Assembly: GCA_016432445.1 (NCBI GenBank)
Contig: CP066689.1
Coordinates: 900,001-932,000 of the forward strand
Origin: Candidatus Saccharimonadota bacterium
GTDB taxonomy: Bacteria > Patescibacteriota > Microgenomatia > UBA1406 > GWC2-37-13
Length of the DNA stretch: 32,000 nt
Reading direction: 5' to 3'
Each line of letters begins with the position of its first letter. Within the stretch, counting starts at the first letter, position 1. The notes beneath the pieces were generated by a model. It was not told where the DNA came from. It worked only from the letters and a program-made list of their open reading frames with translations, and did not search any database. Positions 1 to 8,245 of the stretch are shown here, piece by piece. Made by a program: the position numbers and the translations under genes.

Positions 1-1
1 T

Positions 2-298
2 AAATTTAAAGATAAGCGAAAAATATATCTGACTCCCGGCTTAGTCGAAACCGGTGAAAGGAAAGAAGAGATACACTATAATATAGGTAAAAGATTGTCA
101 GTTGTTGCCGACATCGTAATCTTAATCAAAAATAGCGTTACGCCTTTTATTGCCAAAGGATTAAAAGATAATAAATTTCCTGAAAAAAATATTATTTTAT
201 TTGAAACAGTCAAAGAAGCGCATGACAGCTTAAGCGGAATTTTAAAATCAAAAGATGTAATCTTGTTTCAAAACGATTGGCCTGACAATTATTTTTAA
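2..298 (+). CDS. murF: MurF (UDP-MurNAc-tripeptide--D-Ala-D-Ala ligase), C-terminal fragment; the 5' end lies outside the window
   Basis: Frame 2 is open from base 2 (KFKDKRKIYLTPGLVETGERKEE...), upstream of the ATG at 95 used by the ORF track. It has a Mur-ligase C-terminal-like TPGLVETGE segment and sits directly upstream of ddl, the classic murF-ddl order. Confidence 0.6.
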   Translation, partial: KFKDKRKIYLTPGLVETGERKEEIHYNIGKRLSVVADIVILIKNSVTPFIAKGLKDNKFPEKNIILFETVKEAHDSLSGILKSKDVILFQNDWPDNYF

Positions 299-306
299 AT
301 TATTTT

Positions 307-1479
307 ATGCATACAATAGGAGTATTTTTCGGAAGCCGAAGTCCCGAACATGATATTTCAATTATCACCGGCCAACTTATAATCTCGGAACTTAATAAAC
401 TTGGAAAAAATGTCGTGGCCATCTACTTGGACAAAGAAGGACACTGGCTTATCGGTCAAGAAGTAAGCTCACTTAAAACTTTCATTTCAAATGTTACTTT
501 ACCTCATAATCTTCAGGAGTATTATCTAGATCTTGAAAAATCTCATGGAAAAATGGTTTTTAAGAAAAAGGGGATTATCGGACAAGAAATCAATATTGAT
601 TTAGCTTTTCCTGCTTTCCACGGAAAATACGGAGAAGACGGCACTATTCAAGGGATGTTTGAAATGCTGGATATTCCCTATGTAGGTTGCGATGTTACAT
701 CTCTTTCACTAACTATAGATAAAGTTTTAACAAAACTTCTTTATCAGGCTCAAGGAATTCCCACGACCAAATTCATCTTCTTTCATAAAAACGATTGGAA
801 CAATGATAAGAATAAATGGATAAATAAAGCTAAAGAAAACTTACAATGGCCGGTAATTGTTAAACCTGCAACATTAGGTTCATCCATTGGAATTGCTAAA
901 GCTAATGATGAAAAAGAACTCGAGTTTGCCATCGAAGTTGCTTTTCATTACGATACCAAAGCTCTTGTTGAGGAGTGTGTTGACAATCTTTCAGATATAA
1001 CCTGCGCGCTTTTAGGGAACAACGATCCAACACCATCATTACTTCAGGAATCAGTTTTTGAAAAGGATTTCTTAAGCTATGAAGATAAATATCTTAAAGA
1101 AGACGGAACTCAACTGGGTGAAGCTTCTAAAAATCTTTTCATTCCCGCTCGCTTAGATCAGAGAACAACCCAAGAGATACAAGAAATGGCTGTGAATATT
1201 TTTAAAATTTTTGGCTGCTCAGGCACAGCTCGAGTGGACTTTCTTTATGATAAAAAATTAAAGAAATTTTATGCCAACGAGATCAATCCTTTACCAGGTA
1301 CTCTATACCACCATTTATGGCAAAAAAGCGGAATGGATATTTCTGAAGTTTTAAAAAGGCTTATTAATCTTGCTCAAGAGAAATATGAAGAAAAAAAATC
1401 CATAAATTATTCCTTTAAATCAGATCTTCTAAAGTTCGCCAATTCAGTTAAACTTCAGCTTAAAAATAATGAAAAATGA
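307..1479 (+). CDS. ddl: D-alanine--D-alanine ligase (ATP-grasp)
   Basis: N-terminus GVFFGSRSPEHDISIITG. ATP-grasp segments PVIVKPATLGSSIGI and ARVDFLYD...NEINPLPG. It follows murF. Confidence 0.9.
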   Translation: MHTIGVFFGSRSPEHDISIITGQLIISELNKLGKNVVAIYLDKEGHWLIGQEVSSLKTFISNVTLPHNLQEYYLDLEKSHGKMVFKKKGIIGQEINIDLAFPAFHGKYGEDGTIQGMFEMLDIPYVGCDVTSLSLTIDKVLTKLLYQAQGIPTTKFIFFHKNDWNNDKNKWINKAKENLQWPVIVKPATLGSSIGIAKANDEKELEFAIEVAFHYDTKALVEECVDNLSDITCALLGNNDPTPSLLQESVFEKDFLSYEDKYLKEDGTQLGEASKNLFIPARLDQRTTQEIQEMAVNIFKIFGCSGTARVDFLYDKKLKKFYANEINPLPGTLYHHLWQKSGMDISEVLKRLINLAQEKYEEKKSINYSFKSDLLKFANSVKLQLKNNEK

Positions 1480-1507
1480 AAAGTATAAGCTAATTACCAC
1501 GATATAA

Positions 1508-2077
1508 TTAATTACTCAGAGTTTGGGTGGAATATTTAGTACTTAAATTTTGAGTGCGTTTAAGGGAGTTTGCAATCAGTCCGGTTTCTTTGCCATTGAT
1601 GTAAATTGTTATATCATTGACATTAATATTGGCAAACTGGGAAAGAGTTTCTTTAACCTGAGCTTCAAGCCGTTGAACATCACAAACCCCATTTAACTTT
1701 AAATTACCGCTAAAGTGAACCAAAGTTGTTCCGTCCTCATAAACTGTGACATCATCAAGAATTAATTGTGAATCAGGGAAAAAATTATAAAGCACAAATG
1801 CTCCTTTTGAAACTTCCCTTGCATTAAATAATTCTTTTATTGTTAACGCAGTCAAATCTTTTTCATTTTCAAAAAGGATTTTTCTTTCGTAGGAAACTAA
1901 GCTATCATTGCAAGCAACTTTCTTACCGTATTTACCATTGTCAGCCAATGCGACCAGATAAACTTTAGCTGTGGCTATATTTTGAGTCTTTCCTTGAGCA
2001 AAGGTAAGAATCAGTACTGCTAAAAGGGGGAATATTAAGATAAAAGTCAGTAATGCTAAAAGCAATTTTTTATTCAT
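1508..2077 (-). CDS. Secreted or membrane-anchored GerMN-like domain protein (hypothetical)
   Basis: N-terminal hydrophobic signal or anchor (LLLALLTFILIFPLLAVLIL). The remaining pattern (VYLVA...; ...VHFSGNL...; ETLSQF..INVNDITIYINGKE) resembles GerMN domains. The match was made by eye only. Confidence 0.45.
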   Translation of the reverse strand: MNKKLLLALLTFILIFPLLAVLILTFAQGKTQNIATAKVYLVALADNGKYGKKVACNDSLVSYERKILFENEKDLTALTIKELFNAREVSKGAFVLYNFFPDSQLILDDVTVYEDGTTLVHFSGNLKLNGVCDVQRLEAQVKETLSQFANINVNDITIYINGKETGLIANSLKRTQNLSTKYSTQTLSN

Positions 2078-2242
2078 AAAGATTATTCTAAATCAGCTTT
2101 TTATGAAGCCCGTTAATATTAAGTTAAAAAAAAGTAAGAGATTTAATATTCTTAGGTTTCTTACTGCATTTTTACTCAACTATAACTGTCTTATTACTTT
2201 TCAGTATTATTGTAGTAAGAGATTATTAATTATTTTATAACT

Positions 2243-2824
2243 ATGGTTTATGAACTGCCGAAGTTGCCTTATGCTTATGATGTTTTAGAGCCTTATATTG
2301 ATGCTCGGACCATGGAGTTTCATTATTTAAAGCATCACCAAGTTTATACCGATAAATTAAATCTGGTCCTTCATAAATACCCTGATTTACATAATCAGCC
2401 ACTAGAAGATTTGTTAAAAAATTTAAAAAGTTTACCGATGGATGAAGCCGACCGAACTGCTTTTAAAAACAATGGGGGAGGGTATATCAATCATAAAATG
2501 TTCTTTTTCCTTATGGACCCCAAAAAAGAAAAGGATGAGGAGTTAACAAAAAGAATTAATGAAACTTTTGAATCTATTGATAAATTTAAAGAATTATTCA
2601 ACACAAGTGCGTTAAATCTTTTCGGCAGCGGTTATGCCTGGCTTGTTGAGGATGAAAACAAAGACTTAAAGGTTTACTCTTTACCAAATCAAGACTCCCC
2701 TTACACCTTGGGACATAATCCTTTAATCTGCCTTGATGTCTGGGAACACGCCTATTACCTTAACTACCAAAATCGCCGAGCCGACTATATTAAAAACTGG
2801 TGGAATGTTTTAAAGTTAATTTAA
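2243..2824 (+). CDS. sodA: Fe/Mn superoxide dismutase
   Basis: LPKLPYAYDVLEPYIDARTMEFHYLKHHQVY and DVWEHAYYLNYQNRRADYI are hallmark Fe/Mn-SOD motifs. Metal specificity cannot be decided from the sequence. Confidence 0.92.
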   Translation: MVYELPKLPYAYDVLEPYIDARTMEFHYLKHHQVYTDKLNLVLHKYPDLHNQPLEDLLKNLKSLPMDEADRTAFKNNGGGYINHKMFFFLMDPKKEKDEELTKRINETFESIDKFKELFNTSALNLFGSGYAWLVEDENKDLKVYSLPNQDSPYTLGHNPLICLDVWEHAYYLNYQNRRADYIKNWWNVLKLI

Positions 2825-2932
2825 TATTTAATAGAAAGTTAAGCAAACATGTGACATATATAGCTTCTTGTTTTTTAACCTGTCTAAAATCGCCTATTTT
2901 AGCGGTATTTTAAAAGTGTAAGGTATACTTGA

Positions 2933-3877
2933 TCAATTTTTATATAAAGTAAGGACTGTATCCATATTATTGACCGAAAAACCTCCGGCTCTTACACGGT
3001 TAAGAGAAAAAATATCATCTTTCACTTGAAAGGTACCGGAAACTACGGTGACAGCCGCTGAGAAAGATGCCTCCTTAACCGCATCAATAACGTCAGAATT
3101 GAAAGCACCATAAGGATATGCAAAAGTTTTTACCTTTATATTAAAATCCTCCTCAAGCCTTTGTTTACTTTCCAGTATCTGCTGTCTTATCATCGTCTTT
3201 GATAATCCTTTAAGATAAAGATGATCAGTCGTATGGGCGCCAATCTCAACCAAACCGCTTGATATAAGCTCTTTTATCTCATCCTCGTTTAAGAAATCTT
3301 TTCTGCCTATAAAATTATTGACTATATATATGGTAGATTTTATCTTGTACTTTTTAAGAAGCGGAAATGCATCAGTATAAAAGTCTTTATAGCCATCATC
3401 AAAGGTTAAAATAATGCTTTTAGCCGGCGCTTTAATTTTCCCTTTTAATATCATGGGAATATCTCTGGCAAAATAAGATGTATATCTATTTTCCTTTAAA
3501 TTCTTAAGCTGTCCTTCAAATAGATAAGGATTAATATTCAAACTCTGGCGAATAGTGTCACCTTTATCTTTAACATATTCTACATAGTGATACATGACAA
3601 TCGGAAGTTTTAACTTAGCTGTAGAAATGCCTTTTACATCATCAGGTTTTTGCAAGTCTTTAGGATCATAATATTTAGCGCTAATGCGGGTCCGGAAATC
3701 ATCTGATGATACCTGGCTAAAGAATAATTTATTACCTGATAAACTTATACCAGACCCTAAAATCACGCCTAGCAAAAGTGTCCAAATCCATAATCTTGAT
3801 AACTTAAGGCGCTTCGCTGATCTTTTCCTTTTTACTTTTTTTATAGCTTTCCTCATATTAATACGCCATTTTACCAA
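2933..3877 (-). CDS. Polysaccharide deacetylase (NodB-homology domain) with N-terminal membrane anchor
   Basis: ILTFDDGYKDFYTDAFPLLKKYKIKSTIYIV (the TFDDG motif) and HTTDH. There is a basic N-terminus followed by a TM helix. Confidence 0.8.
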   Translation of the reverse strand: MVKWRINMRKAIKKVKRKRSAKRLKLSRLWIWTLLLGVILGSGISLSGNKLFFSQVSSDDFRTRISAKYYDPKDLQKPDDVKGISTAKLKLPIVMYHYVEYVKDKGDTIRQSLNINPYLFEGQLKNLKENRYTSYFARDIPMILKGKIKAPAKSIILTFDDGYKDFYTDAFPLLKKYKIKSTIYIVNNFIGRKDFLNEDEIKELISSGLVEIGAHTTDHLYLKGLSKTMIRQQILESKQRLEEDFNIKVKTFAYPYGAFNSDVIDAVKEASFSAAVTVVSGTFQVKDDIFSLNRVRAGGFSVNNMDTVLTLYKN

Positions 3878-4129
3878 AAAAAACGCTACTTCCCTATAGA
3901 AAAAATAATAAAAATCAGAGTAGAGGATAGAATAGATTATTCCAACAATCTATATATAAAAACTAATTATTGAAAATTAGACAAAAACTGCAGTTTTAAG
4001 GACAAATCACAAATAGAGGATTTTTAAAGAAAATCTGTTAAAAATGGTACAAATAGTAAAATAAAAAAACCATTAAATGAATAATTTTCTGAAATATCTT
4101 TAAATATACACTCCTCTTCCGGAAACAGT

Positions 4130-4167
4130 ATCTAACGTCGTAAAAGATACAATTTACGACGTTAGAT
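4130..4167 (-). other. Perfect 15-bp stem-loop (ATCTAACGTCGTAAA / TTTACGACGTTAGAT, 8-nt loop) about 50 nt beyond the predicted 3' end of rnpB
   Basis: Arms at 4130-4144 and 4153-4167 are perfectly complementary. No immediate U-tract follows on either strand, so it is not a textbook intrinsic terminator. Confidence 0.35.
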
Positions 4168-4214
4168 GGCCTTTCTTCTCTGCGGGAAATACCGCATAAC
4201 AAAACATTTTGAGA

Positions 4215-4690
4215 CTATTGGGGGTATTAGGGATGTTTCTTGCAAAGGGAAGCTTACTGGCTGTGTCACCATAATTATCCATAATTATTTCTAAATAAAG
4301 ACTCCTTCCACTATCTTAATTTCAAAATATTGACACTCTTTTACCACTATCTTAAGTCTCCTTAACCCCTTCTTCTAGAAACAAAGGTGCCGTTAATTTC
4401 TAGCTTATTGTGTCAATCTAAATCGTGATTTTTGAGCCTGCCTGCCGGCAGGCAGGGCTAAATTAGCAGAAATCGGCCTAATCTGACATCTAGAAGGTGA
4501 TTCTTTCTGGAGCGTTGTAACAACCCGTTTATTATATTTCTATCTGGTAGCATTTGTCCACATAAATACAACCTATAGTTTCATTTGTATTAATACTATA
4601 GGCTATTCACTCACGTCCGTGAGCTTTCCTTCTCCCTCGCTAAGCGCTGGAATACCAAGTTCAGCTTGGGACTACCCTCTCCTCTGCTTT
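4215..4690 (-). ncRNA. rnpB: RNase P RNA (bacterial type A-like), boundaries approximate
   Basis: The minus strand reads ...GCGAGGGAGAAGGAAAGCUCACGGACGUGAG..., which resembles CR-I GAGGAAAGUCC. Later come ...CCAGAAAGAAUCACC..., ...GGUAAAAGAGUG... (cf. GGUAAGAGCGC) and ...UAGAAAUAAU...GACACAGCCAGUAAGCUUCCC (cf. UAGAUGAAUG...ACAGAACCCGGCUUA), all in the canonical order. AAGCUCAC pairs with GUAAGCUU to form P4 with one mismatch. GAGGGUA pairs with UACCCCC as a possible P1. The region has no credible ORF. Confidence 0.6.
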
Positions 4691-4697
4691 ATAGATC

Positions 4698-4725
4698 ACT
4701 ATAATTTTTATAATCGTTATAACAA
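4698..4725 (-). promoter_or_regulatory. Sigma70-like promoter for rnpB: TTGTTA-N16-TATAGT
   Basis: On the minus strand, TTGTTA lies at 4725-4720 and TATAGT at 4703-4698. This places the transcription start near 4690-4691, at the AAAGCAGAGG start of the RNA. Confidence 0.4.
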
Positions 4726-4752
4726 TTATATTAATCAAATAAATTTACCAAT

Positions 4753-5568
4753 TTACCATTGTAATGATAACAAAGCGATAGCGAAAACAAATCCTATAAC
4801 GATAAGATATTCCCTTATCGTTTGAGAAAAAAGCTTTTGTTCAAGATAATGATAAATTAGTCCACACAGACTGTAGTAAACTGCAGTAATAAACAGAGCA
4901 AATATGGATAATTTTATCGGAATAAAGGATAATAATATGGCTATTTGAAACATAATAATACTTATAAAAAAAGCATAATTAATTGTTGTTCTTTCTAAAT
5001 TAATTTTAGGTTTAACGCTCCACAAAAGCTGTAAGGCTAGAAAAAAAACAATTATAAATATTAACAATCCGTTAACGAAAGGATTCAACCGAAACGACAA
5101 AATAACATTCGACATTAAAAAAATAACTAAAGTTTGATAAAAATAATTTACTGAAAAAGCCGCCCGATAAAGCTGTAAACTCTTCTCTACTCCTACATTA
5201 AATATATTGGAACAAAGTAAAAGGGCATAAAGTGAAAATACAAATATTGCCATAAAAGGTAGTCGAGTAATCCACCGAACCGGGAAAAGAAAGTAAAAAA
5301 GATAAAAAGAAAGAGTCAGCAGAATCGGCATTATAAAAAGCATCAGCCACTCAGTCTTCTCTATTCCTTGAAGTATAGAAAAATAAGTCAACAAGTAGGT
5401 AACTACTATAAAAAGCGGAATAAAATAAAGAGCTTTATCAAAGAAGAAAAAGGTTGATAACATCATAACTAAAGTTATAAGACCGCTGCTTAAAACAAAT
5501 CTTATCCTCTTCTCAATTTTATTTGAAGATTTGTAAACTGCCTGTTTAAGATTTTCTATTATTTTCAT
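4753..5568 (-). CDS. Polytopic integral membrane protein, unknown function
   Basis: 271-aa ORF with about 8 hydrophobic helices. I recognise no motif. Confidence 0.6.
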   Translation of the reverse strand: MKIIENLKQAVYKSSNKIEKRIRFVLSSGLITLVMMLSTFFFFDKALYFIPLFIVVTYLLTYFSILQGIEKTEWLMLFIMPILLTLSFYLFYFLFPVRWITRLPFMAIFVFSLYALLLCSNIFNVGVEKSLQLYRAAFSVNYFYQTLVIFLMSNVILSFRLNPFVNGLLIFIIVFFLALQLLWSVKPKINLERTTINYAFFISIIMFQIAILLSFIPIKLSIFALFITAVYYSLCGLIYHYLEQKLFSQTIREYLIVIGFVFAIALLSLQW

Positions 5569-5583
5569 AATGATATTTTACGA

Positions 5584-6306
5584 TTATTCTGTAAAAACGG
5601 CATTTGTATAAACATTTTGGACATCATCAATTTGCTCAATAGCCTCAATCAAAGCAATTGTTTTATTTTGATCTTCTTTATTTAAAGAAACAGATGAAGA
5701 GGCAATAAACTCTACTTCAGGAGCATCACCTTTAAAGTTATCTAAGAAATTTCCAACCTTACCTATATTTTCATAAGGAAAATAAACAGTAGTTGTGTTT
5801 TCATCTTCATCTATATCTATTGCTTGAATTTTTTCTGCAAACTTTAAAATGTTGTCTTGGGAATTTTGATTTTTATCAAAATGTAATACTCCTCGCTTCT
5901 CAAAAAGATAAGCGACTGAGCCTTGATTTCCTAATTTTCCACCATGCCGTTCTAGTGTGTTTCTCACCTCAGTAATAGCTCTGTTTTGATTATCTGTTGC
6001 CGCAAAAATAAGCATAACCACTCCATGAGGAGCAAAGGCTTCATAGCGTACTTCTTTAAGACTAATTTTATCGGGTCCACTCCCCTTTTCAATGGCGCGC
6101 GTTATATTATCTTTGGGCATGTTGTATTGTTTAGCTTTCTCAACAGCAAGACGCAGTCTGACATTTAGATCAGGATCAGGTATACCTCCTCCTTCAGTGA
6201 CAGCCAAAGTTATTAAACGAGAAAGCTTTGAGAAGATGGCGCCTTTCTCAACATCTTTAGCTTGTTTTTGCCTTTTTATTTTTGACCATTTAGAATGCCC
6301 TGACAT
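5584..6306 (-). CDS. YebC/PmpR family DNA-binding regulator
   Basis: MSGHSKWSKIKRQK... is the family N-terminus. I place the start at ATG 6306, which has a GGAGG 4 nt upstream. The track's TTG at 6330 adds 8 unlikely residues. Confidence 0.9.
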   Translation of the reverse strand: MSGHSKWSKIKRQKQAKDVEKGAIFSKLSRLITLAVTEGGGIPDPDLNVRLRLAVEKAKQYNMPKDNITRAIEKGSGPDKISLKEVRYEAFAPHGVVMLIFAATDNQNRAITEVRNTLERHGGKLGNQGSVAYLFEKRGVLHFDKNQNSQDNILKFAEKIQAIDIDEDENTTTVYFPYENIGKVGNFLDNFKGDAPEVEFIASSSVSLNKEDQNKTIALIEAIEQIDDVQNVYTNAVFTE

Positions 6307-6323
6307 ACTGCCTCCATTATACC

Positions 6324-6351
6324 TTGACAAAGATTGAAAATAAAATATACT
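6324..6351 (+). promoter_or_regulatory. Consensus promoter TTGACA-N16-TATACT for the TPR gene, with a near-leaderless layout
   Basis: TTGACA at 6324-6329 and TATACT at 6346-6351, with ATG at 6364. The predicted leader is about 6 nt and has no SD. Confidence 0.45.
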
Positions 6352-6363
6352 TTACTTCAAACT

Positions 6364-7146
6364 ATGAATGATCTAGATATTTTAGAACAGCAAGCCGTAG
6401 ACGCAGCTGTCACAAGCAACTGGAAAGTGGCTATATCTTTAAACAAAAAGATTCTTGAGGCAGACCACGACAATTTGTCGGCATGCTTAAGATTAGGCTT
6501 TGCCAATCTCCAGGTCAAAAATATAAAAGAAGCAAAAAAATATTATAACAAAGCCCTAAAGATACAACCTAGAAACCAAGTGGGTATAGAAAACCTTGAA
6601 AGAATTCAAATCTTAAGTGAAAAGGGATTAAAAAAAGCTGCTGCAGCTAACCTCGATCCTAATCTTTTTCTAGAAGTACCTGGCAAAACTAGGACTGTCA
6701 CTTTAGTTAACTTAGGTCAAAAAAAAGACTTAGCGGAGCTTGTTGTCGGACAAGAAATAGCACTAAAATCAAAAACAAGAAAGGTCGAAGCTAGAACTGT
6801 TTCTGGAGAATATATTGGTTGTTTACCTGATGATTTATCAAAAAGGCTTATCTTTTTTTTAAAAGCCAAAAGTAAGTATTCAGCTTATATTAAAGAATCA
6901 AACTTAAATAAAGTCATAATTTTTATAAAAGAAATATTAAAAGGAAAAAAAGTACTTAACTACTCATCTTTTCCTCAGAATATTCAAACAAACTTGGGAC
7001 AGATAACTGAGGAAAAAACAGCAGATCAAGAAGAAGAATCTTCGTCAGAAGAAGATGAATGGGATGTAATTTCACGCGAATTAACTCCAGAAGAAAAAGA
7101 AGAAATCCCAGGTATTCACCTTGATGAAGAAGAAACCGAAGAATAA
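6364..7146 (+). CDS. TPR-repeat protein with a central beta-rich domain and a highly acidic C-terminal tail
   Basis: TPR-like N-terminus (AISLNKKILEADHDNLSACLRLGFANLQVKNIKEAKKYYNKALKIQP). The C-terminus is EEESSSEEDEWD...EEKEEIPGIHLDEEETEE. The start is moved to ATG 6364 because the track's TTG at 6334 lies inside the promoter. Confidence 0.6.
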   Translation: MNDLDILEQQAVDAAVTSNWKVAISLNKKILEADHDNLSACLRLGFANLQVKNIKEAKKYYNKALKIQPRNQVGIENLERIQILSEKGLKKAAAANLDPNLFLEVPGKTRTVTLVNLGQKKDLAELVVGQEIALKSKTRKVEARTVSGEYIGCLPDDLSKRLIFFLKAKSKYSAYIKESNLNKVIIFIKEILKGKKVLNYSSFPQNIQTNLGQITEEKTADQEEESSSEEDEWDVISRELTPEEKEEIPGIHLDEEETEE

Positions 7147-7298
7147 TGCTTAATTTTATCTTTCAGTATTAATATAGTCCCCTTAATTTTTCTTGAAGAC
7201 AAGAGCTTTTTAATTTCTTGAGGAACATCCAGATCTTTCATGGATCTTAAAGCCAATAAAAATGCAGCAATGAATAGTATTATAAAAATAATAAACAT
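7116..7298 (-). CDS. Possible small single-pass membrane protein (60 aa)
   Basis: A hydrophobic N-terminus (MFIIFIILFIAAFLLAL) is followed by RSMKDLDVPQE. The 3' end overlaps the opposite-strand TPR gene by 31 nt. There is no SD. Support is weak. Confidence 0.3.
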   Translation of the reverse strand: MFIIFIILFIAAFLLALRSMKDLDVPQEIKKLLSSRKIKGTILILKDKIKHYSSVSSSSR

Positions 7299-7300
7299 AA

Positions 7301-7346
7301 AGATTTATGATTCACGATTCATGAATCTTAAATCATGAATCAGATT
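7301..7346. repeat. Palindromic word-repeat module (ATGATTCACGATTCATGAATCTTAAATCATGAATC), copy 1
   Basis: Contains the self-complementary 12-mer GATTCATGAATC, and TGATTCA pairs with TGAATCA. It is nearly identical to 12866-12907 apart from a 7-nt indel. It lies at the 3' end of the LCP-like gene. Confidence 0.5.
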
Positions 7347-8245
7347 TCCCATTCTCTTTCCTTACTTCCAACTACGAAAATTATATCATAAATCCCTGTC
7401 TTATCTTGAACCAAATTACAGCCAAAAAAAAGAGCAATTTTACCGGCTGTTAAAGAATGCTTTGATAAGTTCTCTTTTATAAAACAACTTTTTTTTGAAT
7501 CTTCTACCCACGTCATATCAGCTATCCTTATACCGTTTCCCTCTAAAATTGCACCCATTGATGAAGCTGTTGTTGCGCTTTGAGGATATATTATTTGAAC
7601 ATTTTTCTTTTCTTCACGGAATATTTTTTGATAAAAATACCCCTGATAGGTTTTAGCGAAATCTTCAAGAGAAAATAATTGATTACCCTCTTTTTTATTA
7701 GTCACCAAATTTTTTAACTGATTGAACTCCTGCGGTCTTTTTCTTAAAAACTGTAAATATATGTATAAACGATCAAACCATCCTGCATTTGATTCACTAA
7801 AAAAAACCTCATTAAAACTGGGAATTGCAAATTTTTCTTTTCTTGAATCTCCATAATAAATATCTATTTTTTCAGGTAAAAAGTAGAAATCGACAAAAGT
7901 TTTCGTAGTTAGAGAAAAAGTCTTTTTTATGATTTCCGGTTTTTTTTCGAGCTTTGCTAATTTGCCTAATCCGCCAACGCGGTAATCACCATAGCCACCA
8001 GGCACAGGCACGCGCAAATCCGGAAAAAAAGAAATAACGTAATGAACTTTATCCTTATTTCCTAAAGAAAAAAATCTTGTATCCTCTCCGTACATTATTA
8101 GATTTATTCTTTCTTTATCTTGAAAGAATAAAGAATCTTTTGCCTCTCTTATTAAAGTAAATATTATTAATGCAGATATTATTAATAGAACACTCCTAAC
8201 GCTAAACGCAGAGCGCAGAACTTTGAACGATTTATTGCCTTTCAT
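7340..8245 (-). CDS. Membrane-anchored LytR/CpsA/Psr (LCP)-like protein, divergent
   Basis: An N-terminal TM helix is followed by INLIMYGEDTRFFS...VISFFPDLRVPVPGGYGDYRVGGLGKL, which resembles the LCP core (iNiLllG.D...isiPRD..v.ipG.G..Ki). The ATGA start/stop overlap with the upstream antiporter gene suggests coupling. Confidence 0.45.
   Translation of the reverse strand: MKGNKSFKVLRSAFSVRSVLLIISALIIFTLIREAKDSLFFQDKERINLIMYGEDTRFFSLGNKDKVHYVISFFPDLRVPVPGGYGDYRVGGLGKLAKLEKKPEIIKKTFSLTTKTFVDFYFLPEKIDIYYGDSRKEKFAIPSFNEVFFSESNAGWFDRLYIYLQFLRKRPQEFNQLKNLVTNKKEGNQLFSLEDFAKTYQGYFYQKIFREEKKNVQIIYPQSATTASSMGAILEGNGIRIADMTWVEDSKKSCFIKENLSKHSLTAGKIALFFGCNLVQDKTGIYDIIFVVGSKEREWEI

Noticed and set aside
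3684-3899. Short ORF-track entries lying antisense to, or out of frame within, well-supported genes: 3684-3899, 4619-4825, 5793-5975, 5986-6168, 6092-6337, 10027-10266, 11719-11937, 19876-20109, 22871-23122, 22959-23141, 25376-25564, 26775-27023, 27566-27754, 27760-28152, 28149-28331 and 31423-31623.
   Set aside because: Each is embedded in a longer ORF with recognisable family motifs, or in the rnpB candidate. Their translations are low-complexity (rich in Phe, Leu, Ile, Lys and Ser), as expected from antisense reading of AT-rich coding DNA. None has start-site signals.
6316-6330. TTGTCA...TATAAT just upstream of yebC as its promoter.
   Set aside because: The two hexamers are only 3 nt apart. 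A transcript starting after this TATAAT would lose the GGAGG that precedes the ATG. TTGTCA is simply the complement of the TPR gene's TTGACA -35 box. The real yebC promoter is not identified.
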